Source of the DNA: the human T2T-CHM13v2.0 reference genome, Homo sapiens
Assembly: GCF_009914755.1 (NCBI RefSeq)
Contig: NC_060939.1
Direction: 5' to 3' (one strand)
DNA: 64,000 nt
Shown: one piece after another, positions 13,252 through 28,969 of the stretch
Numbering within the stretch: the stretch's first letter is position 1
How the letters are laid out: each line of letters opens with the position of its first letter
Position numbers and translations under genes: made by a program
Notes under the pieces: model-generated
Databases searched by the model: none
Seen by the model: the letters and a program-made list of their open reading frames with translations, nothing else
Told to the model about the DNA's origin: nothing

Positions 13252-14012
13252 CATAGTGGTTAAACGGTGGCTCCCACAAAACTGTGTTCACCACCTAATC
13301 CCTAGAACATGCAAATGTGATCTTATTTGGAAAAAGCGTCTCTACAGATGTATTAGAATTAAGGACCTTGAGATGAACTCATTCTGGATTATCCAAGTAG
13401 GCACTTGTACTTCAATGACAAATGTCTTTACAAGATACAGAAGAAGAGACAAAATTAAGAAGACTATGTGAAGTCAAAGGCGGAGCTTGGAGTGAAGTCA
13501 AGCAATGCCTGGAATCAGAACCTGGATTGAGGCAAGGAATGAATTTTCCCCAGGGTCACTGGAGGGTGCCTGGCTCTGCCAAAACTTTGTACTTTTGGAC
13601 TTCTGGCCTCCAGAGCTCTGAAAAAGGATAATTTTTTTTGTTTTTGTTTTGAGACAGCATCTAGCTCTGTTGCCCAGGCTGGAGTGCAGTGGTACCATCT
13701 CAGCTTGCTGCAACCTCTGCCTCCCGGCTTCAAGCAATTCTCCCTGCCTCTGCCTCCTGAGTAGCTGGGATTACAGGCACCCACTATTATGCCTGGCTAA
13801 TTTTTATATCTTTTAGTAGAGACGAGGTTTTGCCATGTTGGCCAGCCTGGTCTTGAACTCCTGATCTCAGGTGATCTACCTGCTTCAGCCTCCTAAAGTA
13901 CTGGGATTACAGGTGTGAGCCACTGAGCCTGGCCTGAAAAAGAATGTATTTCTGTTTTTTTAAGATACCCAGCTTGTGGTACTTTGTTATAGCAGCTACA
14001 GGAAACTGATAC
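13252..14012 (+). mobile_element. MLT1C/D MaLR LTR split by an Alu
   Basis: tgtgatcttatttggaaaaag...ggacttctggcctccagagct | tgtggtactttgttatagcagctacaggaaactgataca. Confidence 0.85.
13631..13934 (-). mobile_element. AluS (Sx-like)
   Basis: Antisense Alu with ctcaggtgatc; TSD tgaaaaag(g/a)at. Confidence 0.92.
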
Positions 14013-14411
14013 AGTCTCTAAGGAGCTGTGGGGCAGCGGGGGTCCCTGGCTGGGGTTAAGGAACAGCTATAGAAGAAATAAAAGTTTGCACAAGTCAAAT
14101 CCCATCTTGTGTGGTGAGCAGAGCAGTTCTCAGCAGGCCACAGAGCAGTGACACAGACTCAGAGATGGCAGGCAGGAAGCAAGGCCCACTGCTAGGTCCA
14201 TTTGAGGGCTCCTGTGTTTGCTGGAATCTCATATGGGAAGGGAATACACAAAACCAGGTTTAATGTTCTTTCTCATGACAGAAATTTTGGGGTCCTTCTG
14301 GAAAAATGCAAAACTGTTTTTAAAAATGCCCAAACTCCCAGGATCAAGATACAATCACATTAGTCTACTTCCTTTGAATCTTTTGTGTTGACCCTAGCTA
14401 GTTGGCAAAAA

Positions 14412-14555
14412 TGAGAGTGCAGGCTTTGGGGTTGGATTTAAAACCTGTTTCTACCACACAGTAGCTGGATGAACTTGGACAAGTGGTTTTCCTGAGTCTG
14501 TTTCCCTATCTTTCAGGTGAGGAAAATAAAACCTACCCTGTAGGATGTTAGTTTC
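14412..14555 (+). mobile_element. MIR
   Basis: caggctttggg...ttggacaagt...ctgagtctgtttccctatct. Confidence 0.65.
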
Positions 14556-14557
14556 AT

Positions 14558-14579
14558 GAGAGAGAGTGTGTGTGTGTAT

Positions 14580-14637
<58 letters not shown>
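14558..14637. repeat. Compound microsatellite (GA)n(TG)n(TA)n(TATACA)n
   Basis: Directly visible; about 9 TATACA units. Confidence 0.95.
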
Positions 14638-15549
14638 CCTTTAATGAGTGTATATAATGAGAGAGAGTTTGTGCTCAGTCAAGTGCAGCTATTATTTCTA
14701 TACTGATGTACAGGGCAGAGTAAAATAAGCATTTCCTATGTTATGAACTCTCCATAGACCTTTGTAAATGCTGCATCACAGACCATTAAATAGATGTGGC
14801 GGAGATGAAACTGATATTGACAGCAGTTACATTGCCTCCCTAGAGTCGCTTATCGAGCTTACTGCTAATTATGCAGTCCCTCCACCACCCTACCTCTGAG
14901 TTTTAATGGCACCCTCTGCTTCCCTTTCCCCACACCCTGCCGTGGACTCAGTTTTGGAAGGCATAGAAATTAGTTACCCTGCATATACACCTTGGGTACC
15001 TTGGGCACTCAGGTTTAGATTAAAAAGTGTTTGGAGGCAAATAATAAGGTCCTAAAATAATCCATTCAAGATTGCACCTAGCTTTATGATCCTGCAAGAA
15101 GGAGCTATCCAGCCAATAGAAGAATTAACCAATAAAGGATTTAAAAGACCCTTACTAAATAAAAATAACATGAACCATTCTCTAGGAGGCCTCCTGAGTC
15201 CTTGTTGCATTTAAGTGCTGCATGTGGAGTCTGGTTTATTTTTATGGGTTTTGAGTCGTTTGCTCTCACAGCCTTCCTCATTTCTGTAACAACACTCTCT
15301 GCTTAGTTACACATGGCATTCTGCACACCTGTCCTCCCATCTCCCAACTGGGCTGTGTAGAAGACACCCTCACCAAGGGTTGGAGGTAGCCAGGGAGGGC
15401 CCACTTTCTGGGTTTATGTCACAGCTTTGCACCTTGGAGGTCAGTTTTGATCTGTGGAGCATCTCAATGGTTTATCTTGCAGTTTGACAATTTCAGCCAG
15501 GCAGGGTGATATCTTGGGGCACAGTCTTAGAAAATGATATCTCCTAGAG

Positions 15550-15765
15550 GAATAATAAACAACAATAAGCTTCCTTTATTGGATGTTTCCACCACTCAGG
15601 CATTTTGCTAAGAGTTTCACACTACTCTTATTTAACTATTACAACAAATGGATGAAACTGGCTTTGTCATCTTCATTTCTCTAGGCCAAGTAAACCTAGA
15701 GAGGTCCCTGACCCAGCTAAGGACCATGTGGCTAATAAATGAGGTGATGGAATTCAGACCAAGCC
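15550..15765 (-). mobile_element. MIR
   Basis: tttattgga...caggcattttgctaagag...ggatgaaactg...ggaattcagacc. Confidence 0.5.
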
Positions 15766-15835
15766 CCCGTGGCACATGGAAGTGTGGGTGATGAGTCACT
15801 TTCACTCCATAACACAATCTTTTTGAGGTGATAAG

Positions 15836-16590
15836 TGTCTTAGTCCTTTTGTGATGCTACAACAGACTACCTGAGATTGGGTAACATAAAAAACAAATTT
15901 TTGCCCCACAGTTCTGGAGGATGGAAAGTCCAAGATCAAGATTCTGGTGTCTTGTGAGGGCCTTCTTGCTGTGTGCTCACATAGCAGAAGAGAAGAAGAG
16001 AGTGAATCCACTCCAGCAAGCTTTTTTTTTTTTGGTCATGGTGGCTTAGTCTGTTTTATGTTGCTATTAACGTCCGAGTCTGGGTAATTTATAAAGGAAG
16101 GTGGTTTATTTAATTCATGGTTCTGCAGGCTGAGAAGTTCAAGGGCATGGCCCTGGTTTCTGGAGAGGGCTTTTGTGCTGCATCATAACATGGTGGAGAA
16201 AGTCAAAGGGGAAGCGAACACATGTGAAGAAGAGGGAGACCTGAGGGACGTCCTGGCTTTATAACAACCCGCTCTCTCAGCAACTATTCCTAAAAGAACT
16301 AATTTATTCTCACAAGAGTAAGAACTCACTTCCTACCACAAGAACTTCCCTAAGCCATTCATGATTTGTCCTCACATCTCAAACATCTCTCAGTAGGCCT
16401 CATCTCCCAGCACCACTACACTGGGCGTCAAATTTCAATATGAGCTTTGGTGGGAACAAAGAAACCACATCCAAACCATAGCAAACAGCACCAGTCATTT
16501 CACCTCCCCAAAGGCCCCACCTCCCAATGCCACTTCACTGAGGATCAAACTTCCAACATATGAATTTTCAGACACATTCAGACCGTAGCA
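15836..16590 (-). mobile_element. MSTD/MLT1A-type MaLR LTR (outer element of a nest)
   Basis: tgtcttagtcc...cacagttctggaggatggaaagtccaagatcaag ... aaaggccccacctcccaat...cacattcagaccgtagca. Confidence 0.8.
16042..16483 (-). mobile_element. MSTC-like MaLR LTR nested in the previous LTR
   Basis: cttagtctgttt...catggttctgcaggctgagaagttcaagggcatggc...cacatccaaaccatagca. Confidence 0.8.
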
Positions 16591-16742
16591 ATGAGTTTGG
16601 TGGGTTTACACTGTCACATTGAGGGAACCCATAATTGACTTGGAGTCTCACCTTCTATCTAAAAGTTATTAAAATCTGGACTGAGAGAAATGTTGCCTAC
16701 ATATCAGAAGGCTTGGTTGAGGCACTTTATAATCCTCTAGAT

Positions 16743-16889
16743 GAGTGGTTCTCATCTAGAATTCATTTGGAATTGTCCAATCAATCAGATTCCCCAGGGT
16801 TGAAATCCAGCCATCTGTATCTTCTTAAAGGTAAGCTGCAGGTGATCCTGATGCATCTAGTCTGTGGACTAGTTTTTGGGACTCCCTGC
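16743..16889. mobile_element. MER5-family hAT MITE
   Basis: agtggttctca...aatcagattcc...catctgtat...caggtgatcctgatgca. Confidence 0.65.
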
Positions 16890-17494
16890 ATAAAACGTTC
16901 TAGATTTTATCTCTGGATTAAGCCACATCAATAGACAGCTGGAAATCAATGACATCATTTTAGCTTTAAAAATCCCAACTTTTACCATCCTGTGTGTCCA
17001 TTGGCTGAAAATGAAGGACATTATAAGACAGAGCCATATATGATTCAGAATTAAACAGTGTGTATGGGATAATTGATATTGCTAGAGATATAATTCAGTA
17101 ATCAGACCAGTCTCTTAGTTAACTTTCTTTCAGGATTCATTCTCAGAAATAGCTTTGCTTCTCCTGATAGCCATTTTTTCTCCCTCCATGTGGACGTTGT
17201 CTTGTGTAACTGATTGAATTTCTTTAAATTGGCCAGTGGGAAGCCCAGAACAAAATTTACACATTTTAAGCAAATTGTAATAGAGCCTTATGTGTTTTGT
17301 TTCTAATTTTACTTCAGGATTCTTTTTATTCTGTCTCTTTCTTCTGTTGTTATATTCTCACTGCTGTGCCAAATGGAGCTTTGTTGATCTGCCCGCCATG
17401 GTGGTTCGTTCATAAAATGGAGATCTCTTTCACACCTTAATTTTTAGAAATTGGGATAAACCTACACTTAATACATATATATATAATGAGATAA

Positions 17495-17952
17495 TGTATT
17501 AGTGTCCCTGCCATAGAAGAGTACCAAACACTAGGTGGCTTAAAATAACATAAATTTATTTTCTCACATTCTGGGGGCAGAAGTCTGAGATCAAAGTGTT
17601 GGCAGGGCCGTGCTCCCTCTGACAGCACCACGGAAGAATTCATTCTTCCCCCTTCTAGCCTCAAGGATTTCCTGGCAATCCTTGGTATTCCTCAGCTTGT
17701 GCCTCCTCTAGGCACATGGCTGTCTTCTCCCTGTGTCTCCACATTGTTTTTCCTGTGTGTGTGTGTCTGTGTCTTTGTTCAAATTTCCCCTTTTTGTAAG
17801 CACACCAGTCCTATTGGATTAGGACCACCCTAATGACCTTATTTTGATGACTGCTGCAAAGATGCCACTTCCAAATAAGGTTATGTCTTTAGGTACTGGG
17901 GGTTAAGACTTCAACATATTTTTTCTTGGGTGACATAATTTGACCCATAACA
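17495..17952 (-). mobile_element. MLT1B/C MaLR LTR
   Basis: tgtattagt...ggtggcttaaaataaca...ttccaaataagg...ggtactgggggttaagacttcaaca...cccataaca. Confidence 0.85.
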
Positions 17953-19004
17953 TAGTATATCTTTTCTTTCCTGACTATTTCTGAATAGTCACTTAGCTGG
18001 AAGAGACTGTTGGGTGTCACTATCATTTTTTTTTTTTAAATTAAAGTGAGTTTAGAAAATACCTGTTGATTCAGTTGCCTTGGTTTTTCCTAGTCCCAAA
18101 TAGTTTGAATAGTTTAATTAACAATTGAATTTACACAATCCCCTTAAATTTGTCATTGATACAGGATGTATTCATGACCCTTAGTGCCTCCTGATGTCAA
18201 AAACCATACCCTTAATGCCTCCCCGTAGTTTACAGGGCCATTTTAGTTTCCAGAGGAGGGGATTACATCACTGCAGGGGGCTCTCTTTCTGTATAATCCC
18301 TGTGTCATGTGTTCCCCACAAAACTTTGTCTCATCTGCAATGCCCTAGAGTAATGGAGACTATGGCAGGAAAACTTGCTTGAAAAAGCTCCTACCAACCA
18401 GTATCTCAAAGGTCGTGGAGTAGTAGCAGGAGGGGCTTCCAGGTGACAATCAGCACTTGAAGTTTCTTTTCTCCCTACAACCAGGGAGATCTTAACTACT
18501 CACCCATCACAACTGGAGATGGTATCTGTAGGTCATATTCATAGGTTTTCTCTGGAGCATGTTTGCAGAACTTTCATTTCTAGTTGCTTCAACACTTGCC
18601 TGGGACACGACAGAGCAAAACCCTGCTGTTACTGAAATCTCTGCATGATCTTGGAGCTATGTATAAACAGGTGTAGAGACAGAACTCTCAGTACAGACAG
18701 AACTCTGGTTTGGCTCTGATGTGGGCAAGTGGCTGGTCTAACATAGATTGTCATGGATCAGCAAGGATCTTGGACTGGAATAGGACATGGAAATGGAGCA
18801 GGGATGATGAAGCCATCAGGCTACAAAGGAAGTAGTAAAGCCAGACAAAGGTCAGTCCGGAGTTGCTCTCTGAGCTACTTCTGGCTGGATTTCATGAATT
18901 ACCTGGAAAATGAGGAGGCAGTTAATAGCAAACCCATATGGTAGTTATGGCTCTTCAGTATTTGAATGTTTTTTGTGTAAATCAATGTTTAAGTTAGTAG
19001 TTTA

Positions 19005-19130
19005 AGCCAGGTGCAGTGGCTCACGCCTGTAATCCCAACTACTTGAGAGGTTGAGGTGGGAGAATCCCTTGAGCCCAGAAGTTGGAGAGCAGCCTGGGCA
19101 GCATAGCAAGACCTCATCTCTTAAAAAGAA
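19005..19130 (+). mobile_element. FLAM (free left Alu monomer)
   Basis: Single arm ending cagcctgggcagcatagcaagacctcatctc plus A tail; TSD gttagtagttta at 18993-19004 and 19132-19143. Confidence 0.88.
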
Positions 19131-19299
19131 GGTTAGTAGTTTAGTAAATGGCAAATTAAAGGCATGACTTGGAATACTGCTATGAGGAAGCTCTTAAACT
19201 GATGAATCTTCCCTGCGTAGTCACAGCCTTGGTTACTGAGGTGTGCAGAGCAGGGAAGCATCTGCCTTGCAGTGACAACTCTTCCTTCCTCCAAATGCC

Positions 19300-19560
19300 C
19301 CATGTTGGCTCCCGCCCCCATCACTCTATCAAAACGGTTATAACTGAGGTCACCTGAGTGCCACTTGGTATCTGAAATCATCCCTTTCCTACCTCCCATG
19401 CAGTCCTCCTCTTCCTTTACCTCTTTAGCAGCATTGATGTTCTTGAAACACATTTTTCCTTTATCTTCTGTGACACTCTGATCTTCTACTCTTCTATCCT
19501 CTATCTCTGTTGCAGGCTCATTCTCTTTTACCAAGTTGTTAGATGTTGGGATGGTTCAAA
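19300..19560 (+). mobile_element. L2 internal fragment
   Basis: ccccatcactctatcaaaac...aggtcacc...ctctttagcagcattg...ttcttgaaacac. Confidence 0.5.
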
Positions 19561-20099
19561 AAACAGGCATTCTTTTCTGCAGCTGGTATTTATGTTGCAA
19601 CTGTCATGAGGTAAGTTGGTGGGTACACAGAGTTGAAAGAGCTAAGAATGGGACATGGAAATGGGACTATCTGAGAATATTTGAGAGTCCTCACGTGAGG
19701 TACAACATTTGTGCAGAAACACTACATGCTCAGTGATGGCTGATATTGCTCTGACACTGGGATTATGGGATGCACTCCTGAGACGCAAACTCCTGTGAGC
19801 TACCATCTTGCCTCTTCTTAGAGAAAGAAGAATTCTGAGATTTATGTTGAAACAGAATGCAACAACAGAAATGATGCCAAAAAACAACCACCACAAAGAA
19901 TAGATGCAGTGTAGCTACATCAGAGGTTGGAAAGAAATAGAGTAGGTCAAGTGCTTGGCGATTATTCAGAAGGGAAGAAGTGACAAAATCAATTATTCTT
20001 GCTACTCCTCTAGTTAGTATCCTCCCAATGTTGCTTGGTGGCTTCATTAGCTTATCACTGAAAAGCACCAATTATTACTTGGACCTTTTTAATAATAGA

Positions 20100-21220
20100 T
20101 GGATATAAGTTTAATTATTTTTTACTAGTGTGAAGAGCCAGGCAAGGAACTGAGTTGCTTAAATGTCAAGCTCCCTACTCCATGTGTTTGTGAGGCTAAA
20201 TGGAAGTTGCCTTCATTGCTTGCTGCAGAATATAAACAAATGTCAGCCATTTTAACAAACAGGGATCGTTTGACTTAATTGCAAATTAAAAACCATAAAC
20301 TACCTTAAACACGGAGCTAATGCTGCATCAAATCAATACAGTAATTGCACCAGGGCAATCGAGAGGCTTATAGAGTTTCCATACCCTGCATACTGAAAGA
20401 ATGCAGTCCCCAAGAGAGTTGGTAAGTCCCACTGAATGGTCAGTGGTCATGGTAAATTGCACTGACTGGCTTTTTCTCTGAGGGTGGACCAGACAGGCTG
20501 ATTTTTTCATTGTCTGTGGCAACACAAAGTAAGGGCTTTTGTCCCTGAAAAGTAGTGAATTTTTTGCGTGTGTTAGACTGGAGAAGTTCTTGGAGTTTCA
20601 TGTCAGGGGAAGAAAAGGACACTCTTGGGCCCACTTGTAATGCCTTGTGTTGAGCATCAATTCTCTCGGGACCCAGCAATTATGTCTTTACAGACCTGAC
20701 ATATAGTGGCAGCTAAATTATGTCAGTGGAATATGTCTGATTGACAGACCCCAAGTCAATTGTGCTTTGTTGAGCCATTCAGGTGACACTGGCCTTCTGT
20801 TTAGCTGTAGATGATAGAGCAGTGCTGGCAGCCTGCACTCCAAGTGGCTTTTTTTCCCCCCTCTTAAAGTGGTCCTCAGTGTTTCAGGGATGGCCTGGGA
20901 TAAAAGGTGGATTAATTTGGTTCTTGCCTTTGTCACAGAATTTGGAGGGTACAGGGAAGGCCTCCAGTCCCAAATAGCTGTCTTCCACCATGCTGTCACA
21001 GTCCTGAAATAATTTCCTGTAGACACATTCCTTTGAGTGTCTGAGGTGCCAGTTAAAATGCAATTGCCCCTGGGAAGGATGAACAAATTAAACAATTAAC
21101 AGCTATTAATATTGCAATGTCAAGTTGATTCAAGAGGAAACATCCCATGTGGCCCCATGAGATGCTTATGAAATAATGCCTGATCGTGTGTCTTGATTAG
21201 TTTACTAAATTAGCCAGGCC
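20100..21220. promoter_or_regulatory. Candidate developmental enhancer / conserved non-coding element
   Basis: No recognisable repeat; exact TGATTGACAG at 20738-20747; many TAAT/ATTA, TAAACA, CTTTGT and GGATTA motifs. Confidence 0.4.
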
Positions 21221-21864
21221 CCTTGCAGGAACCCAAGGGAACAAGACACTCCCTGAGTAAGCTTGGATGAGGTGGAGGAAGAGGACATGACATGCGTGCA
21301 CTGTCGTGGGGCCTTGTTGGCTCCTGGATGCCTTTCTTTCTTTCCTGGCTTTATTGGGGAGAGGGAGGAGATTGCCTCTACAGCCTTGTCTTCCCCAGCA
21401 GGTGCAGAGGTGTGGAGCCTGAGCGGGCCTCTGTGCCCAGGAGCTTTAGCTATCTCCTCTAGGCACCCCTCCAGCTGTGTGCCCTGAGTGTGAGATGGGC
21501 CCCTGGTCCTTTCCCCTATCTCTCCCCTTCCCACTCAGAACCCCATCTCTGCTTTCAGCTCACTGGCTGGCCTACGTATGTAGTTTTCACCATGCTCTCT
21601 TTTTGAAGGTCAGATTCTGATTCTTATATTTCCAGCTGTGGTTAGCATTTGTCTCTAAATGAAAACATCTTTGCCAGGCTACGCGCTGCCATCAGCTACC
21701 TGACGTGCTTCCTCCTCTCCACTACGTTGGAACCCTCGCTGGGGTTCCTCATGAGTCTAGGTGAAGCGTAATTGGTCACAAGCCTTTGAAACCTGTTATT
21801 TTTATTATTAAAAGTTTTGATTTATTTACAGTAGATACAGTACCTAATTCAAAAGACACAGAGG

Positions 21865-22215
<351 letters not shown>

Positions 22216-22344
22216 TTATTAATTTTTAACATATCTTTATATATTACATGTATACGTGTGTATATGTGTGTAGACATGTATACAGATACACGTATGTTTT
22301 CTCTCCTCCCCACCATGGTAGTTGGAACACTATTCTGAACATTG

Positions 22345-22690
22345 CTTTTTTAAAAATAGAATTTATAGAACAATTAAAAATATAGCAATTGTAGATTCAC
22401 AACAAAATGGAGCAGAAGATGTAGGGATTTCCCATCCACCCCTTCCTCACACATGAACAGCCTCCTCTGTTATCAGCATTCTGTCCCAGAGTGGTCCATT
22501 TGTTACAATGGACAAGCCCACACATCACTATCACCCAAATCCCAGAGTTTACATCACAGTTCACTCTTGGTGTTTGCTGTACGTTCTGTGGGTTTGGACC
22601 AATGCCTATACATGCAGCCACATGATAGCATCATACAGAGTAGCTTCACCACCTTAAGATCCTCTGTGCACCACTGGTTACTCCCTCCTT
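22345..22690 (-). mobile_element. L1MC1/2-like 3' end
   Basis: ccagagtggtccatttgttacaat...catcactatcacccaaatcc...gttcactcttggtgtt. Confidence 0.7.
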
Positions 22691-22789
22691 TCTCAAACCT
22701 TGTTTTTTTTTACTTAAAATTATATCTTGGAGATAATTTCATTTCATACAGAGAAATATTTCATTATTTTTAAGGACTGTGTGGTATTT

Positions 22790-25657
<2,868 letters not shown>

Positions 25658-25659
25658 TC

Positions 25660-25842
25660 ATTCCATCAAGTGTAGGCTGTTTCCAACCATTGCTTTGATA
25701 ACAATGTTGTGATGACCGTGCCTTTCATGTGTCATTTGGCACAGAGACCAAATGGTTAGGATAACTACCCTTAAGCAGACTGCTGTCCAAAGAGCATAGG
25801 CATTTTAACTTTTAATTAGAATATTGCCAAATTGTCCTCTGA
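25660..25842 (-). mobile_element. Old L1ME-like fragment (host of the L1PA; also ~21800-22340)
   Basis: ggctgtttccaa...aacaatgttgtgatga...gcattttaa...attgccaaattgtcctc. Confidence 0.55.
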
Positions 25843-26074
25843 ACCTTATGATTTTTAATGCCGTGGACACCAGACCCATCCATTCACAGATTCACAACCA
25901 GGTCATTTCCTCCACACATTTCCTGCCTCTTCTCCTAATTTTAGCTCTGATTGCATAATGCCTGTGGCTGATCCATAGCTCAGCAGGCAAACAGTTGTTA
26001 TCTGAATAGGGGTCCAAAGTTTCCCCAAAGTAGGAAGAGGAGGGGTGGGGGAGGCATGACGGGAACACAAAGAG

Positions 26075-26236
26075 GAACTAATATGTACTGAACATCTTCC
26101 AGGAGTTGGAGCTTTCCCTGTGAATCTCATCTGAGCTTCACAGCAGCCATGTGAAGTGGGTCACAGTTCTGTCTCTTTCAGCTGAGAAAGCTGTGGCTCA
26201 GAGAGGTTAATCAACTTCATCAAAGTCACACATAGT
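26075..26236 (-). mobile_element. MIR, interrupted by MLT1 and resuming near 26691
   Basis: gaaagctgtggctcagagaggttaatcaactt...aaagtcacac. Confidence 0.7.
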
Positions 26237-26690
26237 GCTATGGGTGGAATTGTCTCCCCACAAAAGATATGTTGAAACCCTAACCCCTACTCCCTCCTCA
26301 GTACCTGAGAATGTGACCTTATTTGGAAATAGGGTTGTTGCAGATGTAACTAGTTCAGATGAGGTCACATGGAGTCCAGTGGGCCCTAAGTCCAACATGA
26401 CTGCTGTCCTTATAAAAAGAGAAAGATTTGGACTTGGACACAGAGACAGAGAAGACAGTCATATGAAGACAGGGGCCAAGATTGGAGTGATGCCGCCACA
26501 AGCAAGGAATCCCTCCCTGGGGCTGCCAGAAACTGGAAGAGGCAGGGAAGGATCCTTCCTAGAGGGTTTGGAGGGAGGTGGTCCTACTAACAGCTTGATT
26601 TCAGATGGAGCTGTAAGGGAACACATTTCTGTTGCCTTAAGTCACACAGTTTGTGATGGTCTCTTATGGCAGCCCTAGCAGACTCATACA
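26237..26690 (+). mobile_element. MLT1C-like MaLR LTR
   Basis: tgctatggg...aatgtgaccttatttggaaatagggt...ggcagccctagcagactcataca. Confidence 0.88.
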
Positions 26691-27960
26691 GCCAGTAAGG
26701 GCCAAAGCCAGAAATGTAGCCTAACATGGCCTAACCTTGAACCTCAAGCTAGCTCAACTCTGTCACTCAGTGACTGCTGCCCGTGAACCTTCAGTGGAGT
26801 CAGAGGTCCAGGCCTGCCTTAGAGCTGGTGGGAGGAGGCAATGAATCAGAAGTGGGTGAAGTGATTGGAAGCCAAACCCAGTTCTGGGCATTTGGTGACC
26901 CCTCAGCCTCCTGGAAGGCATATTTTAGGCAGACTCCAGAACAGTGGGGAGCTACTCTGTTTCAAATTCCCTTGTGGTCAGGACATGACTCTATAAACAA
27001 ATCCACCTGCTATGTGGCGGTGTCAGGATTATCAAACCTAATCCAGGCGTTGCAAATGTGATATGAGAGGGACTAATGGGCCCTGATTCCCACCGCCTAT
27101 CCATGAAGAGTTGGCTATGCTCTTTGCAAACAGGCTTCCAGACTGGCCAGGGTGTTTGGTTACTGTTTACAGGGTTGTCCTTGGAGGAAAACAACCAGTC
27201 TTCCCCTGTTTCCAGTTTCCACGGCAACGGGGAGGACGTGCTTTGATTTCTGGGGACATCCCTTCCGGTGTGCAGGGGTTTGGTGCATCTGTGTTTCCAG
27301 GCTGCAGGATCTGCAGGAGGCCTTTGCTGAGCAGGGGCAGGGCTGCAACCCAGGAGGGGTCCCTGGAGGAGGGAAGGACGGGACCAGACAGAGAAGGCCA
27401 AAGAAACTGATTTCCTGAGTCCTCACTCCTGATTTCAGCTGAGGCTAATGTGCATGTCAGAGATCACCCTCAGCAACCAAAGGAAGAGAAGACAGTGAGT
27501 CATAGAGGGAAGGATCTGAACTGGATGTAGCCGGGGCGGCATTTGTAAGGCAATCCATTGGAGTGCAAGAAGAAAACAACAGAACTCTGAGTTAGATTTC
27601 TGTCTTGTCTCTTTAAAAGGTTTACTTTTTGTATGTGTTTTATAAAATGCATCATTAATAACTCATGCATGTAACTTTATAAAATGCATCATTAATAAAC
27701 TCATGCATGTAGAAAACAACTGCTATATTGGAAGGCATACTCAGTTTCAGAAAACTGACAAAGGTTTATGATTAAAAAAATACGGAGGTGTTGTTAGAGA
27801 AGACCAAGCCATCAATCCATAGCCTGACATTCTGGGCCCTTCCCTTCCTTTCACATCCCCCTCCTCTGCAGTCCAAGTTTTCTGTCCACTGTACCTTAAG
27901 CTGAGCCTTTGGCCTTTGATTCATGTTGTTGTCAGTTCTTCCTGAATGTTGTGCATATGT

Positions 27961-28190
27961 GTGCATAGTGCAAAGCCCGGCTTTGGAGTCAGAGATTTAA
28001 AGGTACAAATCTCACCTCTGTCACTTACTAGCTGTTAGACCTGTGGAAAGCTATCTATTCATATCCCCGAGCCTCAGTTTTCTCCTCTGTAAAATGAAAA
28101 TAACAACCTCTACCTTGCAATATTGTTAGGAGGCTTAAATGATACAGTATATATAAAGTGCTTTGTGTTGCTTACTAGGAACTCAGTCGG
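27961..28190 (+). mobile_element. MIR
   Basis: ggctttggagtcaga...tcacttactagctgt...gagcctcagttttctcctctgtaaaatg. Confidence 0.85.
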
Positions 28191-28969
28191 TGACTTATCA
28201 TTAGCCTCATGGTTATTTACCTAATTAATCAGCGGTATAAATCCTACTTGTTCTTCAAGGACTAACTCTAGGATACCATTCTGATTTTGTCTCTCCCTGA
28301 TCTAAACTCCCTCCTCCTAACTTGGAAAGCATTTGTCTGTAGAACTAACTCAGCTGTTCCTTGTATATTGTTTCATGTTATTAATCAGATTTGCAAATGT
28401 TTGTATCATTGCCTTCTGTTGCAGGGATCTACCATAGCTCATGCCTGCTTTATGGGATTGTTGACAGTACTTGGATGTGGAGGGCTGCGTTACTCCTTCT
28501 GCCAGTTAGCAGCCCATTATTGCCTTTGGTCGTCAGGAAGCCCTTCTCTTATTTTATTTTTGCCTCTGTATCCCTATTTCCTACTCCTATCATGTCTCAT
28601 AGGCACTCGCTTTTATATGTTTGGCATGTCCTTAATATGCTTTCTATCCTTGTAAAATATGCAAAGTTGCATGGTTTTGTTAATATTGTTAATTTATCTA
28701 AAATGGTATGCTAAAAAGTTTTGTTTATTATGGTTTCTTCTCTCTAAATGCCATGTTTTAACTCCATCCACATTGCTATATTTACATCTATTTGATGTTT
28801 CTAAATGGTACAGATAATTCCTTAATATGCATTTGCCACACTTTATATATTGAATCCCTTGGTGATAGACATATACTCTGTCTCTAATTCCTTGATTCAA
28901 CAATGCCTCAAGGAGCTTCCTTATTCCTTATGGACAAGGATTTGTGTAATTCTTAAGGGTGGGATATGT

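Noticed and set aside
14833-14850. CTCF-like site tgcctccctagagtcgc
   Set aside because: Needs a gap and mismatches in the core; too weak to call
26235-27426. Cluster of ORFs of 88-147 aa
   Set aside because: The first lies wholly in an MLT1C LTR; the others overlap on both strands in GC-richer DNA with no recognisable protein
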